Origin: a virus
Lineage: Duplodnaviria > Caudoviricetes
Direction: 5' to 3' (one strand)
Length of the DNA: 46,947 nucleotides
IMG/VR virus record: IMGVR_UViG_3300046115_000130
Coordinates: 1-46,947 of that record
In this document: one piece after another, positions 25,886 to 35,812 of the stretch
Layout of the letters: each line of letters starts with the position of its first letter
How positions within the stretch are numbered: position 1 is the stretch's first letter
Translations under genes and position numbers: made by a program
Notes under the pieces: model-generated
Databases searched by the model: none
What the model saw: only the letters and a program-made list of their open reading frames with translations
Told to the model about the DNA's origin: nothing

Positions 25886-26847
25886 TACGATCCCTCTCCC
25901 TGGATATCATCCAACCCAAAGCTGGGTGGAGCCAGCGAGGACGGACGAAGCTGACCGCCAGGCGACCCAATGAAGAAGACAGAGAAGCCGGTCGCTAGCC
26001 CGAACTCTGCGTTGTTGAGTCCATTGAAGGGGAAAGACGAGGAGGCGGGCGAGCCAACGTCTGGGGTGAATGTGATCGTCGCCACGAGGGACGCTTCGTC
26101 ATAGGCGATGGTTCCGACTCCATTCCCATCTGAGAATGGTCCGATGGTGGCAACCTCTCTGACTGCGCGAGTCCCGTCAACGTGCATGATCCTTCCGAAT
26201 GTCAGGTTTGATCTTCGGAAGAAATCGCCCATGATGAATGCACCAGACTGAAATCCGCGCTGTGCTCCCCTGATGATCGCAGCGACGTGAGGCTCAAGCG
26301 ATGAGTCCGGAATATCCAGATTCAACTCGACTTGATAGCTCGACTTGCAAGCGTCCTTGAACCATGAAGCTGTGTAGCTGTCGATTACTGACTCAACGTC
26401 GAAGTTGGCGAAAGATCTCGCAGTCGCCTTCAGCCCGCAGACGTTTCCATTGATTCCTAAATGTGTCCCAATAAACTTCCAGTCATCTCCATTCAGCGCT
26501 TGCAGTCCTGTTCCGGCAAACTCGTCAAACGGATAGCAGTCCGCAATCTGGAAAGTTGTCTGCGTGAATGGCTGCCGAATGTTGATTCCGTCAGACGTGG
26601 CAACGAGAAGCCATTCGTTCTGGCAAAAATCGGAGTATGCGAACAGTCCGCAGATAGGATTGTCGAAGAACTCGTCCAGTCCGCGGATGATACCCCTGCG
26701 CTTCATCAAGAGATCCGTCAGGATCTCGACGTTGCTACAGTCCGACATCTCACCCGGACGCTGGGTGGTGACACGCCCGCGCTTGCTCCTGAGCCCAGGC
26801 CAGGGCTGGCCGTGCGGGCGAACCGGGAATTCAGTCGGGTCCGGCAA
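25885..26847 (-). CDS. Virion protein with nozzle-like N-terminus plus beta-sandwich domain
   Basis: PGL...GEMSDCSNVEILTDLLMKRRG...ICGLFAY resembles the start of nozzle proteins; TTG start. Confidence 0.6.
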   Translation of the reverse strand: MPDPTEFPVRPHGQPWPGLRSKRGRVTTQRPGEMSDCSNVEILTDLLMKRRGIIRGLDEFFDNPICGLFAYSDFCQNEWLLVATSDGINIRQPFTQTTFQIADCYPFDEFAGTGLQALNGDDWKFIGTHLGINGNVCGLKATARSFANFDVESVIDSYTASWFKDACKSSYQVELNLDIPDSSLEPHVAAIIRGAQRGFQSGAFIMGDFFRRSNLTFGRIMHVDGTRAVREVATIGPFSDGNGVGTIAYDEASLVATITFTPDVGSPASSSFPFNGLNNAEFGLATGFSVFFIGSPGGQLRPSSLAPPSFGLDDIQGEGS

Positions 26848-26850
26848 GCG

Positions 26851-28527
26851 TCACCGGAGGAAGAAGTTCTGTGACAGTTGAGCAGCCCTGGTGAGTGGGA
26901 ACAGGCTCGTCAGCGAAGGATCCGGAGTATCAAGGACGTGGCGCATGATCGTCCGCCGGTTCATCTTCCGGTTGTTCCTGCGAACCATGTCTTGAAGCTT
27001 CTTCTGATACAGCGCTTCCCACTGGACAACCTTCTGCGATGCAGTTGCAAATGGTCCAGCGTGAGAAGCTGCTCCGTAGATCAACACGTCCATGTCTTCC
27101 TGCGGGATGAGAGGGATCTCCCTGTCAGGCTCAGACGGATTGATCCACCGTGCATAGTAGTCGAAGACGATCTCTACCCCGTCTGCGTCCGAGCTTGGAG
27201 TATTCGCAAGCCTCACAAGGGGACGATTGTTCGGTCCCTCTCCGTATACAACGGTAATTTGAGGGATTGACCCCGTTTGTGCTGGGTTCGGAACAAACTC
27301 TCGGAATTCTTTCTGAAGAACAGTTGGAAGTGGACGTGTCGGGCTTGTAAGCCTCTGGAATCCGTAGATCATCGACACGTTTTCTGGAAGCTCGTATTCT
27401 GCCTGATTTCCCACCAAGAAGAAGCTTCCAGTCCTTTCCAGGAACTTCCAATACCCCTCCTTGCGAAGAATCTCCTGCTCACACTCTCTGACGAAATCAA
27501 GATATACAGCCAACCTTGCATTCGTCTTTGGAGTTGCTGTGAAGATCGTATCTCCGTCCTTCTCTGCCAGAAGGGCAACCCTCTGGGCCACGCGAGTATA
27601 CGTGTAGAAGTTCTCTGGGGTGGTGACCGATGGACTTGCGAAGTCCTTGATCGTCTCCACTTCGAACTTGTGGCACGCCATGAGCGGGATGCCACGAAGC
27701 GACCATGGTGAAGTCCCTACAGGCTGGGTGACAAGCGTGGCCTGAAGGAACTCGAACCCTGAAAGTCCGATGACTCCCCACAACGGATTCTGCCTGTCGG
27801 TGAACGTCAAAACCGGAACATTCTGGTTTCGATCGTTGATGTAGGCTTCCAGGATGACTTGATCGTCTGCTCTCCTAATCCTGAATCGAATCACCTGAAC
27901 GAGCCCACGATAAGTTGTAACGTCTCCAGCAGTCTCGCATTGCAGATGGTTTGCAGTGAGAGTGAACGAAGCAAGGACTCTTGCCTTGTCAACCTCTGTC
28001 AATGTCTGCGGACCTGACACTCCTGGGCCAATTACTGGCGGAGCGAACTTGATGATCTTGAGAATTGGGGCCGATCCATTGCGATGGCATGTGACTCTAA
28101 GCCCATACCCCTGATCGTAGCATTCCGGATCGAATTCATACGACCTTGCAGAACCACCAATCCTTGATCTCTCAAGATCCAGGATCAATGGATCCTTGGT
28201 CATTCTTGCAAGGATCGTAAATGAAGGATCCAGGTTTGCCTGGATGAGAAGCTGAGAGATTGGCTGGATTCCAGGCAGTTCCTTCAGGTGTGAGAAAACT
28301 GCCCTGGCGGCGTAGTTGGCCCCATCCATCGTGGAGCCAGTGACGAGAGCCTGGACCTTCTGGCGGGACGAATTGGAGATTATGTCTGGCGACGTGGTTG
28401 GGATGACTTCAACTGGCCAAATAGTCTCGTCAAGAAGTTCGACATCTCCGCAGACAACTGTATAATTGTCTCCTATTTCACCGTCTGCTCTATCAAACAT
28501 GTCAACGAATCTTGCAGTTGCAGCCAT
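26851..28527 (-). CDS. Head-tail adaptor (tail tubular A-like) with N-terminal extra domain
   Basis: C-terminal WKFLER...GNQAEYELP...VRLANTPS...YYARW...IPLIPQEDMDVLIYGA...YQKKL; N-terminal FDRADG domain. Confidence 0.75.
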   Translation of the reverse strand: MAATARFVDMFDRADGEIGDNYTVVCGDVELLDETIWPVEVIPTTSPDIISNSSRQKVQALVTGSTMDGANYAARAVFSHLKELPGIQPISQLLIQANLDPSFTILARMTKDPLILDLERSRIGGSARSYEFDPECYDQGYGLRVTCHRNGSAPILKIIKFAPPVIGPGVSGPQTLTEVDKARVLASFTLTANHLQCETAGDVTTYRGLVQVIRFRIRRADDQVILEAYINDRNQNVPVLTFTDRQNPLWGVIGLSGFEFLQATLVTQPVGTSPWSLRGIPLMACHKFEVETIKDFASPSVTTPENFYTYTRVAQRVALLAEKDGDTIFTATPKTNARLAVYLDFVRECEQEILRKEGYWKFLERTGSFFLVGNQAEYELPENVSMIYGFQRLTSPTRPLPTVLQKEFREFVPNPAQTGSIPQITVVYGEGPNNRPLVRLANTPSSDADGVEIVFDYYARWINPSEPDREIPLIPQEDMDVLIYGAASHAGPFATASQKVVQWEALYQKKLQDMVRRNNRKMNRRTIMRHVLDTPDPSLTSLFPLTRAAQLSQNFFLR

Positions 28528-28530
28528 TTG

Positions 28531-28953
28531 TCACTCCGGCATCTTCCCGCCTGAGGCATCCCTCTTCTTTTGATCATTCCAAAAATTCTTGTCTCCAGTC
28601 TCCTTGATCTTTCCGTAGTAGAGTTCCGATGGAATGGAATGCGTCAGCTTCCATCCGCCGCTCGTCTTCTTCTGTCCACCCTGGGACTTGATCGCCTTGC
28701 GCATGTTGTCCAGGTTCTTCTGGTGTGCGCGCTCACGGTTGCTGGCTTCCTGCTCCCCGATGCCGTGCAGGGTGGCGCTGCCAACGGGGATCGGCTTTCC
28801 GTCCTTGACCCCACCACCAGTGTCCGCGCAGACGCGGTGCCTTGGGTCGATGTCAGTGAAGGACTTCCCCTTGCGATCGCCGTGGACGATCATGCCAGGG
28901 GCCTCGCCCGTCTCCAGGATCTCTTTCAGCCCACCGTGCTTGCGAAGAGCCAC
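28531..28953 (-). CDS. Hypothetical virion-region protein
   Basis: GWKLTHSIPSELY motif; position after capsid. Confidence 0.7.
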   Translation of the reverse strand: MALRKHGGLKEILETGEAPGMIVHGDRKGKSFTDIDPRHRVCADTGGGVKDGKPIPVGSATLHGIGEQEASNRERAHQKNLDNMRKAIKSQGGQKKTSGGWKLTHSIPSELYYGKIKETGDKNFWNDQKKRDASGGKMPE

Positions 28954-28956
28954 GGC

Positions 28957-29214
28957 CTAGCCTCGCGTCTTGAGCATCGTGGACCAGCGCTGGTTCCTGC
29001 GATATGTGGTCCATCTTGTGGAGCGAAGAACGAATCGAATAGCTAGCCCGGTGAGTAGAGTTCCGTTGTTTCCAAAGGAAACACCATTCACAACTGGATT
29101 GTTGGTGTCGGTTCGGACAGCTTGAATCAACCCGCTTGGATTGATGTCTGCCCACCGTTGCGATCGCGGAACGAAGTTTGGATTCGTCCACCGATTTCCA
29201 TTGCTTGCAGCCAT
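28957..29214 (-). CDS. Hypothetical basic protein
   Basis: AGGAG RBS; operon context. Confidence 0.65.
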   Translation of the reverse strand: MAASNGNRWTNPNFVPRSQRWADINPSGLIQAVRTDTNNPVVNGVSFGNNGTLLTGLAIRFVLRSTRWTTYRRNQRWSTMLKTRG

Positions 29215-29243
29215 CTAGATTCTCCTTGTCTTGAACTTTCTCT

Positions 29244-29366
29244 TCAATCTGTCAGACCTGGCGATGAATATTGCTTCCGGGCCATTCCATCTCTTGTGGC
29301 TTGCTGATTGACCGATCTGGACCGGAATCTCTGAAACTTCAGAGGAGTGGCAATTCCTTCAACCAT
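29244..29366 (-). CDS. Small hypothetical protein (40 aa, MVEGIATPLKFQR...)
   Basis: Read by hand; overlaps the upstream stop. Confidence 0.4.
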   Translation of the reverse strand: MVEGIATPLKFQRFRSRSVNQQATRDGMARKQYSSPGLTD

Positions 29367-29499
29367 GCCCCTTGTGGACATACTGAAGGACCGTGTGCTG
29401 CGTGAAACCACACTCAGTGTTCTGACATGTCCACAGCCGGGTCATCCTCTGAAGCTCTCTTCGCTCCATCGGCGACCCGCACTGTGGACACGGCCGCAC
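29359..29499 (-). CDS. Zinc-ribbon miniprotein (46 aa, MRPCPQCGSPM...WTCQNTECGF)
   Basis: Read by hand; GTG just after the capsid double stop; CxxC...CxxxxC. Confidence 0.7.
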   Translation of the reverse strand: MRPCPQCGSPMERRELQRMTRLWTCQNTECGFTQHTVLQYVHKGHG

Positions 29500-29504
29500 G
29501 GCTA

Positions 29505-30533
29505 CTACCTGCAGTCAGGAGGAGTCGTGCAGAGATTGTCGATGAACCCCGTCGAATTCGGAGCAAGACACTCCAGCGTGCCTTCCCACTCGATCATACC
29601 CTTGCTGGAAGACCCCAGCTTGGCAAGCTCTACCATGAGCACTGGGCGCAACACGGCAATGCGCAGCATGTTCATTTCTGCCACATACACCGTGTCATCC
29701 GGCTGGTAGCGATGCAGCTTGACGACAATCGTTCCGAAGTCGCTCTGGAAGTAGTCCACCGTCTGGACCACCGACTTCTCGTTGACAGGAATCGTGTAGC
29801 GAACCTGGGAGTTCGGATTGAGCACGAAGCCAGAGAACGCACGCTTCTGCGCCGCCGGAACCAGCGCAGTGTTGAACATGGCGCCCTTGCGCCACATCTC
29901 CTGCAAGTGGTTGTTCAGGATGCACTCGTCCAGGCAGTTGGACGGTGAGGTTCCCGTGGCAACCGTGCGCGTTCCCTGCTCGTCCGTCGTGAGCCCCAAC
30001 GTGGTCCCGCAAGTCGGCGACCCTGGCGTCGCGAACTGCAGGATCCCGTCCATGCGGCGTGGCGTCACCACAGCGCTGTTGCCCTGGACGAACTGCTCCT
30101 GCCGGGTGGAATGCACGAGAGCGAACTCGATGAATCGAGCAAGCTCCTTCGTCGCCTTCGCGCCCTGGTAGGCGTATTCGTCCCGGATGCCGGCAGTGTT
30201 GATGTCACGCTGGGTATCCGAAACGTCGAACGTCCTGCGAAGGATGTGCGTGAAGTTGCACAGACGCTTGCGCGGCGTCAGTGTGGCGAAGTTGGCGTCC
30301 GATCCTTCGGCAAACGCCTGGACATCTGCGACTCCAAGATTCGGATTACCGAATGCGGCAAGGATGTCCGTCAGCCACTCGTGAATGATGTTGCTCGCAA
30401 CGGTCTTCTGCAGCCCAGACAGAAGAATCGTGTCCATTGGGCTGATGTTGGTGATGATGTCGAGAAGATCTTCGCGGTTTCCACCACGAACATCGAACGA
30501 GTTGAGAACTCCGGTCGAACCGACAAAAGGCAC
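29505..30533 (-). CDS. Major capsid protein (SU10/DUF5309-like HK97 fold)
   Basis: GNREDLLDIITNISPMDT, HEWLTD, NFTHILRR, SDFG and ELAKLGSS motifs; GGAGGAG RBS before GTG 30533. Confidence 0.92.
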   Translation of the reverse strand: MPFVGSTGVLNSFDVRGGNREDLLDIITNISPMDTILLSGLQKTVASNIIHEWLTDILAAFGNPNLGVADVQAFAEGSDANFATLTPRKRLCNFTHILRRTFDVSDTQRDINTAGIRDEYAYQGAKATKELARFIEFALVHSTRQEQFVQGNSAVVTPRRMDGILQFATPGSPTCGTTLGLTTDEQGTRTVATGTSPSNCLDECILNNHLQEMWRKGAMFNTALVPAAQKRAFSGFVLNPNSQVRYTIPVNEKSVVQTVDYFQSDFGTIVVKLHRYQPDDTVYVAEMNMLRIAVLRPVLMVELAKLGSSSKGMIEWEGTLECLAPNSTGFIDNLCTTPPDCR

Positions 30534-30566
30534 GGGGAAAACTCCTCCGCGCACTTCGAACGAGGA

Positions 30567-31577
30567 TTATCTCCTCGGATTACCGAAGCCGCGTTGGTCC
30601 CACCGCCGGCTGTAGCGGTCCCGAATGCTCTCCGCTGCTGTTCCAAGAACAGAATGCTGCTCCGCGCCGGGTGCGGACGCTACATCACGAAGGCGTTGAG
30701 CGCCCTGCTGGAGATGTTGCTCCTCTTTTTCCTCGGACGAAGACGCATCCATTCTCTGACCAACTGGAGATCCAGGCACTACAACCGGAGGGGGAACCCT
30801 GCGCGCGGTTCGACCGTTCACGGCCAACTCATGATCTTCAGCGACGGCTCGAAAAGCGTGCTCGACAGAGCAAGCGGGGTTCTGCTCCCTGAACGTTTGG
30901 ATCAAGGGCATGTGAACGTCGAAATCGAATGCTGGATATTTTCCAGCAACTCTCTCGACTTCCCGTTGTAGCCGATCTTCCTGCACTGTGCGAAAGATTG
31001 GGCCAAACCTCTCAACCAAGCGCTGCTCTGCAGCCTGAATACCTCGTTCCACTTCTGAACGAGCCATCACGGCCGCACGCTCCTCCGGAGGGAGAGTTTC
31101 GAACTGTTGTTCGAGAAGTCTTTGCCTTTCGGCTTTCAACTGCTCGGCTTCTTGTCTTGCCTTCGCAAGATCCAAGTCGCGTTCTTCTCTCTCTTTACGA
31201 AGTTGCTCAAGCTCACGCTTGTAAGCGGTCTTTTCTCTCGATACCTCTGCAAACCTGTTGTAGATCGGATGATCCTTGAACGGAACTGATCCATCTTCGC
31301 CTTGCTGAACTTCTCCTTCTTTATCTGGCTGGTTGGAGGGCGCGACGCCTCCGTTGTCGCTTGATGGCTCCTCGGTTTCGACGGTGTTTCGTCCCATCGA
31401 AGGCCGTGGTTGGGCCATTTGTGCCTGCCGATCTTTCTGGAGTTGTTCTGCGTAGCTTCCGGGCACTGGTGCCCGTTGGGGTGGACCGTCAGGAACGAGG
31501 GTGGAAGGAAGACCCATCTGGGTCTTCATTGCCCTCATTGCCTCATCTGCTCGCGCGTTGAAATTGCTATCTGACAC
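30567..31577 (-). CDS. Capsid scaffolding protein
   Basis: Acidic/low-complexity N-terminus, RFAEV coiled coil, directly upstream of the capsid gene. Confidence 0.8.
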   Translation of the reverse strand: MSDSNFNARADEAMRAMKTQMGLPSTLVPDGPPQRAPVPGSYAEQLQKDRQAQMAQPRPSMGRNTVETEEPSSDNGGVAPSNQPDKEGEVQQGEDGSVPFKDHPIYNRFAEVSREKTAYKRELEQLRKEREERDLDLAKARQEAEQLKAERQRLLEQQFETLPPEERAAVMARSEVERGIQAAEQRLVERFGPIFRTVQEDRLQREVERVAGKYPAFDFDVHMPLIQTFREQNPACSVEHAFRAVAEDHELAVNGRTARRVPPPVVVPGSPVGQRMDASSSEEKEEQHLQQGAQRLRDVASAPGAEQHSVLGTAAESIRDRYSRRWDQRGFGNPRR

Positions 31578-31690
31578 GGTGAGCTACTCCGTAACGTCTT
31601 CGCTCTGAAGTTTGCACGAATGTCGCTTCGTGCAGCGAAATGGACCTGGATTCGTTTGTTTACGGCACTCACCCAGGAAGAGCCGTCGTG
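31575..31690 (-). promoter_or_regulatory. Structured 5' leader of the scaffold gene
   Basis: Stems TGCACGAA/TTCGTGCA (31613-31634), TTCGCT/AGCGAA, ACGGC/GCCGT. Confidence 0.45.
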
Positions 31691-31694
31691 AGTT

Positions 31695-31925
31695 CTACGG
31701 ATACGTCCCGCGCTCAGGATCCCCGCGGTTGACGCTGCCACCCCACCCGTTCATCGGGTCCTTGTAGTGGTAGTTGCCACCCTCGGTGGAGTGGTAGGGG
31801 CTGCGGGTCTTGGACGCCACGAACTCGGCAGTGTCCGCGTCACCTGCCTTGCGGTTCAGAGGGCGCGCGTTCGCAGAAGTCGCCGTGGCTCCTGCGCCAG
31901 AAGGAACGTTGTTCGAATGCTCCAT
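31695..31925 (-). CDS. Hypothetical protein
   Basis: AGGTGA SD; operon context. Confidence 0.65.
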   Translation of the reverse strand: MEHSNNVPSGAGATATSANARPLNRKAGDADTAEFVASKTRSPYHSTEGGNYHYKDPMNGWGGSVNRGDPERGTYP

Positions 31926-31928
31926 GGG

Positions 31929-32243
31929 TCACCTGATTCCACCGATCGGATCTTTGTTCACGTCGCCACCAGAAAGTCTCTGAAGTTCGGATTGGATTCG
32001 AGAAACTTGCTCTTCGACTGACATCATCAAGTCCGCGATCGAAACCAATCCGTTGCAGTAGCCAGCTACATAGTCCCTGTTCTTCTCGTCTGCGTCAAGC
32101 GCCTTCTCAATCCAGTGCTCCCGCTCTGCCACGACATGCTTGACAAACTCATCCCACCCGGCCGACGCCTTGAGCGTCACCACCGCCTTGCCGATTCGCA
32201 ACCTTCGCTCCAGAGAAGCGATGCGATCTTCCAGTTGGCTCAC
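31929..32243 (-). CDS. Small post-portal helical protein
   Basis: LKASAGWDEF...YVAGYCNGL pattern; ATGA-type overlap with portal. Confidence 0.75.
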   Translation of the reverse strand: MSQLEDRIASLERRLRIGKAVVTLKASAGWDEFVKHVVAEREHWIEKALDADEKNRDYVAGYCNGLVSIADLMMSVEEQVSRIQSELQRLSGGDVNKDPIGGIR

Positions 32244-34591
32244 TGGGCACCCTCATTCGGAGCCTGCTGGGTAGCCTCTGACTGAACCTCGTCGCCCTTG
32301 GCGGGGCCGCGGAACTTCGGCGAGCCGGGAGCTTGCCCTGGTTCGGCAAAGCCCCTGCCGCCTGCCTCGCCCCCCTGGGTGGGACCGGCAAGAGCCTGCT
32401 GCTGCATAGCGACCATCATCGCAGCCTCTTGCTGCTCCTGAAGCTTCGCCATCTCGCGCATGGTGTCCTGGACGTGCGCGACGACCTTCGCGTAGATGTC
32501 CGGAGCCCGCTCCAGGAGCCACTTCGCCTTTTCCCCACGAAGCCACATGGAGTGTGACTGGATGTGGCGAACAAGATTCTCTCCCTTTCGAACAGGAGGA
32601 ACCTCTCCGTGCATCCAGAGTTCTTCCTCTTCCAGTGCCGAAGGAAGGCCCATCCTTTCCGTATCCATGTTGATGATGTCGGATGCGTCCTTGAATCCGA
32701 ATCCATCTCGTAACACACGGAATAGAAGTTCGTCGATCCTGATGAGTCCAGGCTGAAGCTGGTTGATGACTGGAGCGCGATCGAGAAGGTTGACAAGCTG
32801 CTGAGTCATCACTCGATGTTGATTCAGGCGGAATCCAGCCAGTGCCATAACCCTAAACTTCCCGGTAATGGATTCTGGGCGAACAACCATCTCTGTTGGC
32901 CACTTCAGTCCAGTGCTTCCGATTTCTCGTATCACCATAGGAACCGAAGTGAATTGCTGATTGTTCCAAATCCACATATCGAGAAGTGGAACAATTCCAT
33001 CAATCTCGATATTGGTGATCGTTCCCCTGATTCTCACCGATCCCTCATCAAGCTTCCTAGATACCGCAGTCGCCGTTTCGCTGCCTGACGCGGCGTCCGA
33101 TCCACCTTGCATCGTCGTGGACGCGCCTGTCGTTTCACGGATGTCCTGCTTGATGCGCTCCGCTCCCTTGATCGCTGCGTCGCTAACGTCAGGAATGATG
33201 AGCGGCTTGATGTCGTCCGTCGATCCAGCACGAAGAACGAGCCCTGGTTGAATGACAAGCTGCTCGTCAGGAACGTTAGCACCATCCCCAACGATAAGCG
33301 CAGGATTTGAAGAAAGATTCTGCGCTGCAAGCTCAAGTTGGCGCTTCTCGTCCAGCTCAAGTGAAAGCTTTGCGATTGGTTCGATGACTCCGATTCCGAA
33401 GAGTTCATTATCCAACCTTGTATATCTCGGGAGGACGTATGGCTTTCTTCCATGCCAATACGGATTCTTGCTCACCCTGACAATGACGCATCTTCCACGT
33501 GGCTGGATTGCGACTATCTGACACGGAACGGGATCATTCGTTCCGTCAATATCAAACAATCCCCATCGTTCGAACACTTCGTAGTGTCCAACATAATTCG
33601 ACTGAAGCTCTGCGCTTGGAGTCCAGACTCCGATCGAATACGAGCGACGCTGCTTGAATTCATCATCGAAGTTTGCACTGTCTTGCCCAGAAAGATCCGC
33701 AAGCTCGTCCGCGTTGTCCCACATCCCAGACTTTATCTGAGACTTCATCTTGTCCACAGTATACAGAGTTCTGTGCCCGCACCATTCTGCAACCTGGACA
33801 TCACTCGCAAGAGGAGGACCGTAAAAGTCGTAGATGTCAAGTGGGCTAAATTCGTTCGTGTCGGCAACGAACTCTTCCTGAGACACTTCCTCAAGCTGAA
33901 TCATTGAGCTTCCAGGAAGTCTCGGATTCGGCATTCTCCTTGGACGCCTATAGTTCACTTCACGGAACTCTTGCTTCCAGTGAACGTAGAGTGGCTTGCT
34001 TCCGTAGATGCAGATATCTCTGATGATTGGCTCAAACCTACGAACGAAGTCTACTTCCCTCGCTTGATGGGAAACGTAGGCTTCCATCATCTGGGCAGCC
34101 ATATCATCGCTCATCTTCTCACCAATAAACTTGAACCATGGCTCGTTCTCAAACAACGCTGCCATGATTCTCGGAACTATCGTCTCCACCGCCTTGTATG
34201 GCTCTGGAGCATGAAAGTTCGATTGGCGATAGAAGAATCTGCTAAGCGATTCTCCTCGATACAACCTGTAGAGAATCAGCCACTTGTTTCGCAGGTATTC
34301 GAGAGTTGTTTTCGTTGCTCCGAGTTCGTTCCTGATTACCTGCTTCGCCCTTGCTGATACTTCTGGATTCTTCGCTTCATTTTTGAATCCAAGTCGGTCT
34401 GAGATCCACTGGCCATGTTGTTCTGGATCTCCAAGAGACTCCGGACCTTCATCGAACGAATGCGTTCCTGCAGATTTCGGGGCTTTTCTCTTCGAAACGT
34501 GACCAAGAGCAAGCTTAATGTTCGGAAGAGACGATCCTCCTTTTCCGTCTGCTCTTTCGATGATCGGATTAAATCCCCGATCGATTGTCAT
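32240..34591 (-). CDS. Portal protein (P22-like)
   Basis: 783 aa; YKAVETIVPR, LFGIGVIEPI, SETATAVS motifs; Q-rich C-terminus; position. Confidence 0.9.
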   Translation of the reverse strand: MTIDRGFNPIIERADGKGGSSLPNIKLALGHVSKRKAPKSAGTHSFDEGPESLGDPEQHGQWISDRLGFKNEAKNPEVSARAKQVIRNELGATKTTLEYLRNKWLILYRLYRGESLSRFFYRQSNFHAPEPYKAVETIVPRIMAALFENEPWFKFIGEKMSDDMAAQMMEAYVSHQAREVDFVRRFEPIIRDICIYGSKPLYVHWKQEFREVNYRRPRRMPNPRLPGSSMIQLEEVSQEEFVADTNEFSPLDIYDFYGPPLASDVQVAEWCGHRTLYTVDKMKSQIKSGMWDNADELADLSGQDSANFDDEFKQRRSYSIGVWTPSAELQSNYVGHYEVFERWGLFDIDGTNDPVPCQIVAIQPRGRCVIVRVSKNPYWHGRKPYVLPRYTRLDNELFGIGVIEPIAKLSLELDEKRQLELAAQNLSSNPALIVGDGANVPDEQLVIQPGLVLRAGSTDDIKPLIIPDVSDAAIKGAERIKQDIRETTGASTTMQGGSDAASGSETATAVSRKLDEGSVRIRGTITNIEIDGIVPLLDMWIWNNQQFTSVPMVIREIGSTGLKWPTEMVVRPESITGKFRVMALAGFRLNQHRVMTQQLVNLLDRAPVINQLQPGLIRIDELLFRVLRDGFGFKDASDIINMDTERMGLPSALEEEELWMHGEVPPVRKGENLVRHIQSHSMWLRGEKAKWLLERAPDIYAKVVAHVQDTMREMAKLQEQQEAAMMVAMQQQALAGPTQGGEAGGRGFAEPGQAPGSPKFRGPAKGDEVQSEATQQAPNEGAQ

Positions 34592-34719
34592 TTCTTCCCC
34601 TTCATCATCCTGCTTCTTGTCTTGCGAGGAGTGTGCTCAATCATCTTCTTCGCCCACTTCTTCCCCTTGGAAGCTTCTGCGTAGGCTTTCTTGAGTTGCC
34701 GCTTTGATTTAGCCGGCAT
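34588..34719 (-). CDS. Small basic protein (43 aa, MPAKSKRQLKKAYAEA...)
   Basis: GAGG RBS; ATGA overlap with portal. Confidence 0.65.
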   Translation of the reverse strand: MPAKSKRQLKKAYAEASKGKKWAKKMIEHTPRKTRSRMMKGKK

Positions 34720-34975
34720 GTTCTTTCCTCTCAGCTTCCGCAGTGTTGCTGTGGACTCGAATCCCCATCGTCCCCTGATGCTCCATCTTCTCGTAGGCTG
34801 GAGTTTCCGTCGCCTCGTGCTCCGCGCTCTCCTCCCCGCCCTTGTAGTCAGAAAGCCTGTGCATGTGGCACGGAGAAGTGTCGAAGCCATGCGCGATGTG
34901 ATCGCTACCCTTCCCTGGCCAGTGAACCTCGATCTCAGGAACGCGCCGCTTCTTGCTGTCTTCGTGCCTGCCCAT
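34709..34975 (-). CDS. His/Glu-rich hypothetical protein
   Basis: EHEATETPAYEKMEH motif; GGTGA SD. Confidence 0.65.
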   Translation of the reverse strand: MGRHEDSKKRRVPEIEVHWPGKGSDHIAHGFDTSPCHMHRLSDYKGGEESAEHEATETPAYEKMEHQGTMGIRVHSNTAEAERKEHAG

Positions 34976-34978
34976 GGG

Positions 34979-35812
34979 TCACCAAGGAACCTTCGGTGTT
35001 TGATGCGCCTCGCTCACGGCCCTGGAAGGTGAGGCGCCAAGTTGAGAAAACGCCGCCGCAAGCGAGGTTCGCGGGAGAAGATCGTAGAGAGGACCATCCC
35101 ATCCGTCCACTACCTTCGCCCACCCTGGTTTCCTGGCTTCCAGCGCCCGCACAAAACCCAAGGCGCGGTCCACTTCATAGATTCCGGAATGGCGTGTGGG
35201 TTTCTGGCCTTCCGGCATGAAGAAGTAGCCGCTGCCAGATCGAAGGGTAAATCCCATGAGGATAGCGCTCGACGCGCCCATAATCTCTGCCCACTGCAAG
35301 GCATAGCAAACAGAATTTCCGCCGAAGTAGAACGGCTGGGTGGGATCTGAGACAAAGAACGGCTCCGACATCGGGCGGTGGAAGAAGCCCGTCTTCGGAT
35401 CGCGATACCCTCCCTCCTGCATTTTGATCCGGAAGTAGCACTGATGCGGCTTCTGTTTCCCCAACTCTCTTGCGACCTGAGGAGACTTCGCAGAGTAGAT
35501 CGATCCCTTCCCAAAGATTGAAGTTGTGCAAATTACAATCGACGAACTTGTTGTGATCCGTTCGGCTTGGTGGTTCCAGACGTTGGCGTCAACAATCTGG
35601 AGGTAGGTTGGGTCGCAGAGTTCGAGTGTCCAGTTGGTTCCGATGACGACGTTTCCGGTGAGCTTTGAAAGCTCTGGGTGTGAGTCCAGTCCCCTTGCAG
35701 CCCCAAGGATGATGATAGGCTTTCCGGAATGGATTCCCACAAGCCAACTCGGAGAAGGATCTCCGCGCATCGGTGCTTGTATGTGTGACGGGACAATATC
35801 AGGTCGCAGCAT
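34979..35812 (-). CDS. Maf/DUF115-like (nonulosonate transferase-like) protein
   Basis: GKPIIILG...VIGTN...YLQIVD...GGNSVCYALQWAEIMGASSAILMGF. Confidence 0.7.
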   Translation of the reverse strand: MLRPDIVPSHIQAPMRGDPSPSWLVGIHSGKPIIILGAARGLDSHPELSKLTGNVVIGTNWTLELCDPTYLQIVDANVWNHQAERITTSSSIVICTTSIFGKGSIYSAKSPQVARELGKQKPHQCYFRIKMQEGGYRDPKTGFFHRPMSEPFFVSDPTQPFYFGGNSVCYALQWAEIMGASSAILMGFTLRSGSGYFFMPEGQKPTRHSGIYEVDRALGFVRALEARKPGWAKVVDGWDGPLYDLLPRTSLAAAFSQLGASPSRAVSEAHQTPKVPW

